From an uncultured Candidatus Sumerlaeota bacterium (GTDB lineage: Bacteria; CAYMEV01), in contig CAYMEV010000002.1 in NCBI GenBank assembly GCA_964389675.1, forward strand, positions 124,001 to 188,000: a stretch of 64,000 nt of DNA. Reading direction: 5' to 3'. This document shows positions 56,590 to 64,000 of the stretch, piece after piece. Under the pieces are notes generated by a model. That model did no database searches and was not told where the DNA came from. It saw nothing but the letters and a program-made list of their open reading frames with translations. The position numbers and the translations under genes were made by a program. Numbering within the stretch: the first letter of the stretch is position 1; each line of letters starts with the position of its first letter.

Positions 56590-57492
56590 TTAAATATTTT
56601 CCTTTCTGATAATCAGATATAGACCGCTTGCTGATAATACCAGGAAGAATATATAAAACATAAAATTTGCATAAATATTGTACATTGAAACGAAGGATAA
56701 AAAATTCCAGGCGGAGTGGATTAAAACTGAAAAAAAGAAGCAGTAGAAAAGATAATAAAGCTTTTTTTGAAGAGCGACAGCACTGAATGCTCTATATATA
56801 AAATATCCCATGAATATGGAAAATATAAGATGGCCGGCGAAAATATTCCTCATAATGCGTATGTAATGGCCAAATTCAAGAGAATAATACATGTTTTCCA
56901 TAAGTGTAAACCCCAGGGCAGTGAAGCTGAAGTAAAAAATGAGGCTTAATTTATCCTTTCTTTCCATTAAAAAATATACCAGTATAATATAAAGAGCAAG
57001 CTTTGAAAACTCTTCCACCAGACCTGTGAATGTGCTGAAGATAAGGATCGACAGATTGTTGTTAAGCATATTTTCCTGGAGCCCGTATCTAAGCTGAAGA
57101 ATTTGAGACATGAACTGGAGGGTGATTATTGTATACCTGTCAAAAAGGCTGTAAATATCAGTTACGATTTTAGTAGAGAGTATGCCTGCTAAAAAGGACA
57201 GAGGCATTAGCGCCGGACTATAGGCAGAACGGTAATATGTTAAAATATACATGATAAGAATAAACAGGAGAAATACGGCTATATTTGATAAAGCAAATAC
57301 CATCATGTCAAATGAATAAAATATTGTTGCCATGGTGTTCATTATCATTTTATCTTCCAGCATGTACCTTATCAGAAGTATGTATGATATTATAATCCTG
57401 ATAATGAAGAGCCTTTTTTTTTCGCTGGTAAAACGAATAAAGTTTGAAAAAAATATAACAAGGATAATACAATAAAGCTTATAGTCTGTCAT
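56590..57492 (-). CDS. PrsW-family intramembrane protease
   Basis: GLVEEFSK, ALGFTLMEN, GHLIFS, HSAWN motifs; polytopic. Confidence 0.82.
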   Translation of the reverse strand: MTDYKLYCIILVIFFSNFIRFTSEKKRLFIIRIIISYILLIRYMLEDKMIMNTMATIFYSFDMMVFALSNIAVFLLFILIMYILTYYRSAYSPALMPLSFLAGILSTKIVTDIYSLFDRYTIITLQFMSQILQLRYGLQENMLNNNLSILIFSTFTGLVEEFSKLALYIILVYFLMERKDKLSLIFYFSFTALGFTLMENMYYSLEFGHYIRIMRNIFAGHLIFSIFMGYFIYRAFSAVALQKKLYYLFYCFFFSVLIHSAWNFLSFVSMYNIYANFMFYIFFLVLSASGLYLIIRKENI

Positions 57493-58492
57493 TCTGGTCT
57501 CTGCTTAGCCTTTCCAGGTATTCTATTCTATGCTTATTATCTTCGATAAAATAATCATAAACGGGTTTTTTGTATCTATTATGGAATTTTCTGGCACTGT
57601 CAAGGGCCTTATCCGTATCATTCAGCTCCTGATAAAAGATAGCTGAGAAATAGTGAAAAAATGGGTTATCAGGATATTTTTCCATCTCCAGGGAAAGCAT
57701 TTTAAGTATAAGGACTATGAACATGTCTTCGATCTCAGGACTGCTGATAATCGAATTTGTAAGCTTGCATGCTTCCATTCGATAGAAATAGTAATTTTTA
57801 TCTGTTGATATATAAACAAGTAACTGAAGCAGCTTTGCATCGATAAATTTATCATCCGACATGGTCCTGTTGATGTAGTTCAGAGACCTTGCATAATCCC
57901 TTTCCAGATAGTAATAGAACGCATACTGGTAATACAGGTCAACTTTCTGATCCTCCGGTACAGGTATTACAGCTGCTTTATCAAGGTATTTCTTAAGAAG
58001 GGATAAGTTTTCCCTGTTTGTATCCTTATCAGACTGGTATGCATAATATATTGCTATATGGAGAAAATACCGGTATTTTAAAAGAGGAGGGGTTGATGGC
58101 AGTTCTGCAAGATTCATCATTTCTTTCAGGTAAAAATCCTTCTGTTCGCTTAATCCCCAGTTCAGTGCAATATTCAATAAACGGAAGATATTTTTTTCAT
58201 ATGACTCCTCAAAATACTGGGCAGGATATCTGTCGAAATAAAGCGACCCAATCAACTGTATATCAGACGGGACCCTGTATCTTTCCCTGAGGATATCAAT
58301 AAACTCAGATATGCCTGATAAATCATCCATTTGAGAAAATTCACTCATGAGAGGCTCAATATTCAATATATTGAAGACCGTAAACAGAAATACCAGTATG
58401 GAGAAAACAATAAATAACAGAAAGACTGCACATATCAGCATTCTTATCTCGAGGTTGCTGATTGTTGTGAGATCTTTTAGCATATTCTTCAT
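57479..58492 (-). CDS. Membrane-anchored TPR-like protein
   Basis: Single N-terminal TM followed by Tyr/Ala-rich helical repeats. Confidence 0.65.
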   Translation of the reverse strand: MKNMLKDLTTISNLEIRMLICAVFLLFIVFSILVFLFTVFNILNIEPLMSEFSQMDDLSGISEFIDILRERYRVPSDIQLIGSLYFDRYPAQYFEESYEKNIFRLLNIALNWGLSEQKDFYLKEMMNLAELPSTPPLLKYRYFLHIAIYYAYQSDKDTNRENLSLLKKYLDKAAVIPVPEDQKVDLYYQYAFYYYLERDYARSLNYINRTMSDDKFIDAKLLQLLVYISTDKNYYFYRMEACKLTNSIISSPEIEDMFIVLILKMLSLEMEKYPDNPFFHYFSAIFYQELNDTDKALDSARKFHNRYKKPVYDYFIEDNKHRIEYLERLSRDQNDRL

Positions 58493-58499
58493 ATTTTCC

Positions 58500-59168
58500 T
58501 TATTCAGCCTGGACTTTTGTGCCGTCGTATGAATACCCTATATAATGCCTTTCATCCTCTCCAGGAACAGCAAACCAGCTTATATTAAATCCAAGGTCCC
58601 TGTAGTTATAGTATAATTCATAAAACTTTCCATGCCCGCTCGGGTATACGAAGAACACAATTCTTGTCTTAAGGGGATTGAGCTGACTTAAAACAGCATC
58701 AAGGCTTTTATATTTTTTCTGGTCACTATGGTCTGATGGAGGAGAAAAGGCAAACCATGCGTTTTTTGCATCGCCTGATTTTACCGGTAATGTGGATATC
58801 CTGTACAGGTTATCGATATCTTTTTCAAAGTAGAAAGTATCCCTGGATTGTTCTTTTAGCCTTTGATACAGAGATTCAAAATCAATATAGATTGCATGTT
58901 CATCATAAATGATTGCCAGGACAATATTATCATAATCCTCCATTCTTGACCAGGGGATGTCAACAATTACTGGCATTCTTTTGTTAAGGTACATTTTTTC
59001 TTCTTTTGAAATATTGATTATTTCAATGGCCTTTTCCTTTGTGCTGGATGGCAGAAGCATTATTATTACTGCAAGGAATATAATTATTCCAAGCACATTC
59101 GAAATAATATCAAGAAGGCTGCCATAATTGAATTCTATCGTATTATTTCTATTTCTGTCTCTTCCCAT
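58500..59168 (-). CDS. ExbD/TolR-like bitopic motor subunit
   Basis: Short N-tail, then SLLDIISNVLGIIIF TM with conserved Asp; in operon with a MotA/TolQ gene. Confidence 0.62.
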   Translation of the reverse strand: MGRDRNRNNTIEFNYGSLLDIISNVLGIIIFLAVIIMLLPSSTKEKAIEIINISKEEKMYLNKRMPVIVDIPWSRMEDYDNIVLAIIYDEHAIYIDFESLYQRLKEQSRDTFYFEKDIDNLYRISTLPVKSGDAKNAWFAFSPPSDHSDQKKYKSLDAVLSQLNPLKTRIVFFVYPSGHGKFYELYYNYRDLGFNISWFAVPGEDERHYIGYSYDGTKVQAE

Positions 59169-59722
59169 ATATTATCTATCCTTGGTAATTCATCTTCTAT
59201 TGCCGGTATTTTTGAAATATTCAGCGGGTAGAAATCATCTCCATACTGTTTTTTCAGTTCAGTTTCAGACATGTAGATATATTGGGAAAGCTCATCCGCA
59301 AGCTTATAGGTATCGGAAGTAATGCCTATTATTATGGAATAGCGCTTTTTCCTGCCCTGCCTTTTGTAAATGCAGTTAAGCTCATAGATTTCCCTGATGA
59401 AATTTTTAATATCATTGATGTCATCAAATTTAACTGTTTCTTTATACACTGCTGAGCTTTTATCAGCACCAAGCAGAAGAAATACGGGATTAAGCCAGAG
59501 CGGGCTCCCGTAAATGTCATATTGGATCCTCCTGGGTGTGAATATGGAGCTTGTTTTCTCAATATGATCGATCATGACATTTGAATCAGACTTTAATCCC
59601 TGATATGAAGCAATAAAAAGCATGTTTACAGCTATTATAAAAATTATAGTCCCTATGGTAGAAAAAAGTATATCTATAAATGAGAATTGGGGCGTGCCTC
59701 CATCCTTGCGCCTAATCTTCAT
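59135..59722 (-). CDS. ExbD/TolR-like bitopic motor subunit
   Basis: Basic N-tail, then FSFIDILFSTIGTIIF TM with conserved Asp; overlaps the MotA/TolQ gene. Confidence 0.62.
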   Translation of the reverse strand: MKIRRKDGGTPQFSFIDILFSTIGTIIFIIAVNMLFIASYQGLKSDSNVMIDHIEKTSSIFTPRRIQYDIYGSPLWLNPVFLLLGADKSSAVYKETVKFDDINDIKNFIREIYELNCIYKRQGRKKRYSIIIGITSDTYKLADELSQYIYMSETELKKQYGDDFYPLNISKIPAIEDELPRIDNIWEETEIEIIR

Positions 59723-60788
59723 TGCCGGTATTCTTATTGGTATTGCTGTATTCTGCAGTGTTCAGCCCGGATATCATCCTGTCCATTCTTAAGCACAGGA
59801 TCTGAATGCTTTCAGATAGCTTCCCGCTGGTATCATTAAGCCTTTCAATTGCCATATGCAGTGAGTCAAGGTCATGATCAGTCCTGGCTTTATCCTTTGC
59901 CGGGTACAGGACCGGGGCTATGCAGTTCTTTGTAAATGCTTCAATCTCTCCAATAAATTGAGTTTCCTTATTTTTCAGAGCAGTATAAAATATCATCAGA
60001 GGGATGACCAGAAAAAGGCCTATAAAAGTAGTGTCAAATGCTGTCCTTAATCCATCTGTAACTGTTGTCAAGGATGAGAAAACCTGGTTTATTCCGCTGC
60101 TTTCGGTTTGCAAAGCTTCAACAGATACGGAGTTTTCCTTGAAGCTCAAAGACTGGGTAAAACCATCTATGGAATCTGTTATGCCCAGGATCGTTCCCAT
60201 AAAGCCAAGTATTGGGAGTATCCATATAAATACTCTTATAATGCTAAAACTTGATTCAAGCCTGTCGTACATGGATTCAAAATGTTCATTAATGCGGGAT
60301 TCAATATTTACGGACTGATACCTGGTAATTTCGTATAGGCTGTGAAGAAAGCTTGATTTGTATATGCCGGTATCATTCTTTGTATGTGCATCTATGATCA
60401 AAGTTTCTATGAATTTAGGTATATCGGCGAGATTTTTCCTCAACAGGGTAATAATATCGAGGTTCCTTATTATACCAAAAAGCCTTTTTTGCTTTATAAG
60501 GAGTGCCAATTTCAGCAATGAGAACAGCACTCCCCAGAAAAAAAGGAATGCAATAATCCTGCATATATAATGGTTTGTAAATATTCTATAAAGGTAATTA
60601 TTCACCATTGACAGGTAAGGCAGAGGGAAAACCCCGTAAAAGAACACATAGAATAATACTGCCATCAGAAGCGCAATAAAAAGCATTGCTGTGTCACCGC
60701 TCAAGCCTGACACAGCAATGCAGTTCCCGCAGTGCGAGCAGAAAATTGCTGAATCGCTCTTATTGCCGCAGACTTTGCATTTGTACAT
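59712..60788 (-). CDS. MotA/TolQ/ExbB proton channel family protein with N-terminal zinc ribbon
   Basis: WILPILGFMGTILGI and GLRTAFDTTFIGL; N-terminal CKVC...CSHC. Confidence 0.85.
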   Translation of the reverse strand: MYKCKVCGNKSDSAIFCSHCGNCIAVSGLSGDTAMLFIALLMAVLFYVFFYGVFPLPYLSMVNNYLYRIFTNHYICRIIAFLFFWGVLFSLLKLALLIKQKRLFGIIRNLDIITLLRKNLADIPKFIETLIIDAHTKNDTGIYKSSFLHSLYEITRYQSVNIESRINEHFESMYDRLESSFSIIRVFIWILPILGFMGTILGITDSIDGFTQSLSFKENSVSVEALQTESSGINQVFSSLTTVTDGLRTAFDTTFIGLFLVIPLMIFYTALKNKETQFIGEIEAFTKNCIAPVLYPAKDKARTDHDLDSLHMAIERLNDTSGKLSESIQILCLRMDRMISGLNTAEYSNTNKNTGNED

Positions 60789-60801
60789 ATTTATCCAATA
60801 A

Positions 60802-61230
60802 TTATTCTATTTTTATTATCTTGATATCTTCATTTTCAGGCTGAGTTGCTGTATAGCCTATAGCTCCCTTTGTTGAGGCAACAAAATCGATCAGCTCATT
60901 TTCTGATTCAAAGACCTGGGGCGGTGTCCCTTTGCCGGTAAATACTATCTGCCTCCAGTATGTATTATACTGGGATGATGATCTGCTGATAATATTCTTT
61001 AGGAATTCATCATTGGTTTCCCCGTTCTTAAGTGTTGCAAGAATGATTTTATCACCGTTTGACCAGTTAAGGATGTCACCCAGAAAGATATCCTGAAGCT
61101 TTTGTCTGGTAAGCCTGGTCTCAGGGACGCTGCTGTTAGCGATAATTACAAGATCTTCGCAGAGCATTGGGCCTGATATCAGAATTATTGCAATTAATGT
61201 AAACGATAAAGATAAAATTCTTTTTTTCAT
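60802..61230 (-). CDS. Small secreted PstS/PBP-like binding protein
   Basis: Signal peptide; DIFLG...W; YW...FTGKGTPP; VASTKGAIGY. Confidence 0.78.
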   Translation of the reverse strand: MKKRILSLSFTLIAIILISGPMLCEDLVIIANSSVPETRLTRQKLQDIFLGDILNWSNGDKIILATLKNGETNDEFLKNIISRSSSQYNTYWRQIVFTGKGTPPQVFESENELIDFVASTKGAIGYTATQPENEDIKIIKIE

Positions 61231-61247
61231 TTTACTCCCTCCATTCC

Positions 61248-62468
61248 TTAAAAATTAAATGTAGTCTTTACTGCGTAGAGGGTAAAATCCTCTTCTATGC
61301 CTTCAGGATTTTCAAAAGAGTGTAAAAGTGCTGCACCGCTCATCTTATGCAGTTCAAGTTTGAAAAGCCAGTTATAGGTAAGGTCAAAACGGACAGAGAA
61401 GCATAGGTCCTTCTGCCAGGCATAAAAATCAGGTAAACCCTGGTCTATAAAGCTTTGCCCTTCCTCATCATCTTTATTTCTGTAAAATTCACTGTAATAG
61501 GAAGCAAGCTCAAGCCAGTCAGCAAACCTGTATGATATCTGGCCATACCAGCCGTAAGGGTCTATCTCAAGCATTGTTTCCTGTCCAAGCACATTTACCG
61601 TGTATTCAGTATCACTGATATGGTACTCTCCTGTCAATACCAGATTGCCAAGCATCAGTTCAGCACTGTAGATAATATTGGAGATATAATCATGTTCAAA
61701 TGTAACTCTTGTCGATCCTATATTTGGTATGTCAATATATCCCTCATAATCTATAATAGCCCTTCCGTAGTTTATGCCGAACCGCAGTCCGTCAAGCGGG
61801 GTATTCCATCTGAAATAACCTCCGTAGACCATCTTCGTGTGTGCTTTTTTATCATACATGTCTGTAAAGCCCATGCTTGTGGCAACACTCATATAAAGGC
61901 TCTTTACAAAAGGGCTGTCCGTATCAATATTCAGTGTCCCGAAACCGAGGTCATATTCAAATCTGCCGAGAAAACCGGCCCTGAATGTACCATAAAAGTT
62001 TCCCCCGAGGTATGATCCGACAATTGCCCTCATATCCTCTGAATAAGAGCTCATAGGCAGAAGTATATTGGGCCTGAGCAGGTCAACGTCCCTTCCCTGA
62101 TTATGAAGTCCGTAAGGCATTTTCATCTTGCCGATCCTCAGTCCAAGTGCATCGGAGAAGTGATAATCTGCATAGCCCCAGTCAAGTACTATATTATTAT
62201 TTCCAACCGGGCCAAGATCCCTCGAGAACAGCTGTGCACCTATCCTCAGTTTATCAGAGACCTGAGACTGAACATTCAGTCCGAATTCATTGAACTCAAA
62301 AGTCCCTTCTTCTGTTTCTCCAAGATAATTATTATGATTGGATTTGAGATATCCCTGACTGATAAAGCCGTGAATCCTTAAGTCCAAAAGCCAGTTAGAT
62401 GCAAGTAAACTGGATGATGTCACTAGAAGCATGCATAAAACCATTAAGAGAAAACGATTCTTTTGCAT
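61248..62468 (-). CDS. Outer-membrane beta-barrel (porin-like) protein
   Basis: Signal peptide; HGFISQGY; LDWGYADY; amphipathic strands; C-terminal Phe. Confidence 0.8.
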   Translation of the reverse strand: MQKNRFLLMVLCMLLVTSSSLLASNWLLDLRIHGFISQGYLKSNHNNYLGETEEGTFEFNEFGLNVQSQVSDKLRIGAQLFSRDLGPVGNNNIVLDWGYADYHFSDALGLRIGKMKMPYGLHNQGRDVDLLRPNILLPMSSYSEDMRAIVGSYLGGNFYGTFRAGFLGRFEYDLGFGTLNIDTDSPFVKSLYMSVATSMGFTDMYDKKAHTKMVYGGYFRWNTPLDGLRFGINYGRAIIDYEGYIDIPNIGSTRVTFEHDYISNIIYSAELMLGNLVLTGEYHISDTEYTVNVLGQETMLEIDPYGWYGQISYRFADWLELASYYSEFYRNKDDEEGQSFIDQGLPDFYAWQKDLCFSVRFDLTYNWLFKLELHKMSGAALLHSFENPEGIEEDFTLYAVKTTFNF

Positions 62469-62620
62469 ATATTACTCCTTTCAAAATATTTGGTTTTTTG
62501 TTTTTTGTTTGTTTTATTTATTAATTTAATTATAAATTAAATGATGTTATTAGTCAAATTATTAGTAAAAATTATTTTTTTTATGACAATATTATTCCGT
62601 AATTTTCCCGGTGTTTTATA

Positions 62621-63718
62621 ATGAAAATTATTATTGATGCCAGAAAGATCTCTGATTTTGGCATAGGTGAATATATAAGGCAGCTCCTTGTCAACTATAA
62701 TAAATATATTAATAATGATGAATATCTGATACTTGTAAAAAACAAAGATGAATTCCCCTTAAAACTCAACAGCAATTTTCGTCTTATCAGTACTGATACA
62801 GGCCTTTATTCGCTTAAAGAGCTTTTTTACCTGGGGCTGTTCATTAATGGCCTCAAGGGCGATATTATTCACTTTCCACATTTTACGGTACCCCTTTTCA
62901 TTAAAGGCAGGGTAATAACGACAATACATGACCTTATTCACCTTAAATACATGGATTTGATGTTCAGCCCGCTGCATAAGTACTATCTCCTGCCTGTCCT
63001 AAAATATGCTATCAGAAGATCGGATGCAATTTTGACAGTCTCTGAGAAGACAAAAAATGATATCATACATTATTATGGTATCGGGAAAAAGAGGCTTGAT
63101 GTCATATATAACGGATTGAACGGTTTTGATGAAAACAGGGGCAAAAACGCCAGGCCAGGGAATATCAGGAGCCCTTATTTTCTATATGTAGGCAACCTTA
63201 AATTCCATAAGAACCTTATCAATATCATAAGAGGTTTTGCAATGTTTGAGAGAGAGGCTGGAAAGGATATCCGTATAGTCCTGGCTGGGGTTGAGAAGAA
63301 CAGATCCCTTGATGGTTTTTTAAGATATACAGACAGGTATATAGACCGCTCAAAAATAATAACAACAGGCTATCTTTCATCCGGCGGGCTTGCTAAGCTG
63401 TATGAAAACTCTCTGGGCTTATGCCTTATATCCCTTTGCGAGGGATTTGGCCTGCCTGCTCTGGAAGCAATGCATTTTCAAATCCCTGTTATTGCATCAA
63501 AGGATTCACCCATGGAGGAATTTTTAAAAGAAAACGGCATTTATGTTGATCCTTATTCCATAAAAGAAATTAAAAATGCTTTTTCCTATGTCTACAATAA
63601 CCAGCAATCCCTTAGAAAAAGTGTTGATAAGGCGAGGTTAAAAGATTTTCAATGGAGCATATCAGCTGAAAGAACCTATAATGTATACAGAGAGGTTTAT
63701 GAAAGTGCAGAAGAATAA
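62621..63718 (+). CDS. GT4 glycosyltransferase
   Basis: GIGEY, TIHDL, TVSEKT, KN, EGFGLPALEAM. Confidence 0.92.
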   Translation: MKIIIDARKISDFGIGEYIRQLLVNYNKYINNDEYLILVKNKDEFPLKLNSNFRLISTDTGLYSLKELFYLGLFINGLKGDIIHFPHFTVPLFIKGRVITTIHDLIHLKYMDLMFSPLHKYYLLPVLKYAIRRSDAILTVSEKTKNDIIHYYGIGKKRLDVIYNGLNGFDENRGKNARPGNIRSPYFLYVGNLKFHKNLINIIRGFAMFEREAGKDIRIVLAGVEKNRSLDGFLRYTDRYIDRSKIITTGYLSSGGLAKLYENSLGLCLISLCEGFGLPALEAMHFQIPVIASKDSPMEEFLKENGIYVDPYSIKEIKNAFSYVYNNQQSLRKSVDKARLKDFQWSISAERTYNVYREVYESAEE

Positions 63719-64000
63719 AATAGCACTTATTCATGATTGGCTGACAGGGCTGAGAGGGGGAGAGCTTGTTTTAGAAAACATTCTCAATGTTGTAGAGCAC
63801 GCTGATATATATACCCTCTTTTACAAAAGGGGTTCAGTGTCGGAGATCATTGAGAGTAATCCAATTACATCAAGCTTTTTGGACAAGATACCCTTTTCAG
63901 GTTCTTTTTACAGGCATCTTCTGCCGGTTATGCCAATTGCAGTGGAGTCTTTTGACATTACAAAATATGATATTATAATCAGTTCAAGCCATTGTGTTGC
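63699..64000 (+). CDS. GT4 glycosyltransferase (N-terminal part; 3' truncated by the window)
   Basis: Hand translation MKVQKNKIALIHDWLTGLRGGELVLE...IISSSHCV; not in the ORF track because it lacks a stop codon. Confidence 0.85.
   Translation, partial: MKVQKNKIALIHDWLTGLRGGELVLENILNVVEHADIYTLFYKRGSVSEIIESNPITSSFLDKIPFSGSFYRHLLPVMPIAVESFDITKYDIIISSSHCV

Noticed and set aside
58500-60788. Zorya anti-phage ZorAB or flagellar MotAB
   Set aside because: No OmpA-like peptidoglycan-binding domain in the B subunits, no long ZorA tail, and no ZorC/D/E or flagellar genes
76-62977. Numerous 60-155 aa ORFs antisense to or nested within long genes
   Set aside because: Shadow ORFs of well-supported genes, with no recognisable motifs
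1-64000. tRNA/rRNA genes, IS elements, integrases, prophage
   Set aside because: None recognised; intergenic gaps are short and AT-rich. tRNAscan-SE/Infernal would be needed to exclude small RNAs formally.

Overview
AT-rich, tightly packed chromosomal segment from a bacterium, probably a diderm anaerobe (outer-membrane beta-barrel, TatA, ExbB/ExbD-like motor, several Fe-S/radical SAM enzymes). The lineage cannot be assigned from sequence alone. Most of the window is housekeeping: tsaE, gdhA, nrnA, serC, tmk-holB-PSP1, prs, galE, argF, nth, mutS2-dnaG-rpoD, metG and glycosyltransferases. I saw no rRNA, tRNA, CRISPR array or transposase. Best candidate for an undescribed system: a RiPP-like locus at ~15.5-20.2 kb. 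It has a monocistronic 71-aa precursor-like ORF (YxxP leader, ETSALAC junction, Gly/Ser/Thr-rich core with two Cys and two His, C-terminal Ser). Next to it are an HPr-kinase-like kinase, an NTP_transf_5-type nucleotidyltransferase and a radical SAM-PDZ-DUF512-like enzyme. This resembles the tailoring set of phosphorylated/glycosylated lasso peptides, but no lasso cyclase is in the window and the core is not lasso-compatible. Other notable items: a MetRS fused to a B3/4 editing-type domain; a porin + small binding protein + MotA/TolQ + two ExbD-like + TPR + PrsW operon; a 1208-aa secreted internally duplicated all-beta protein; two Ser/Thr kinase-ATPase-TPR giants, one ending in a histidine kinase; and a palindromic repeat doublet. 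All family assignments come from motif recognition by eye, not database searches.
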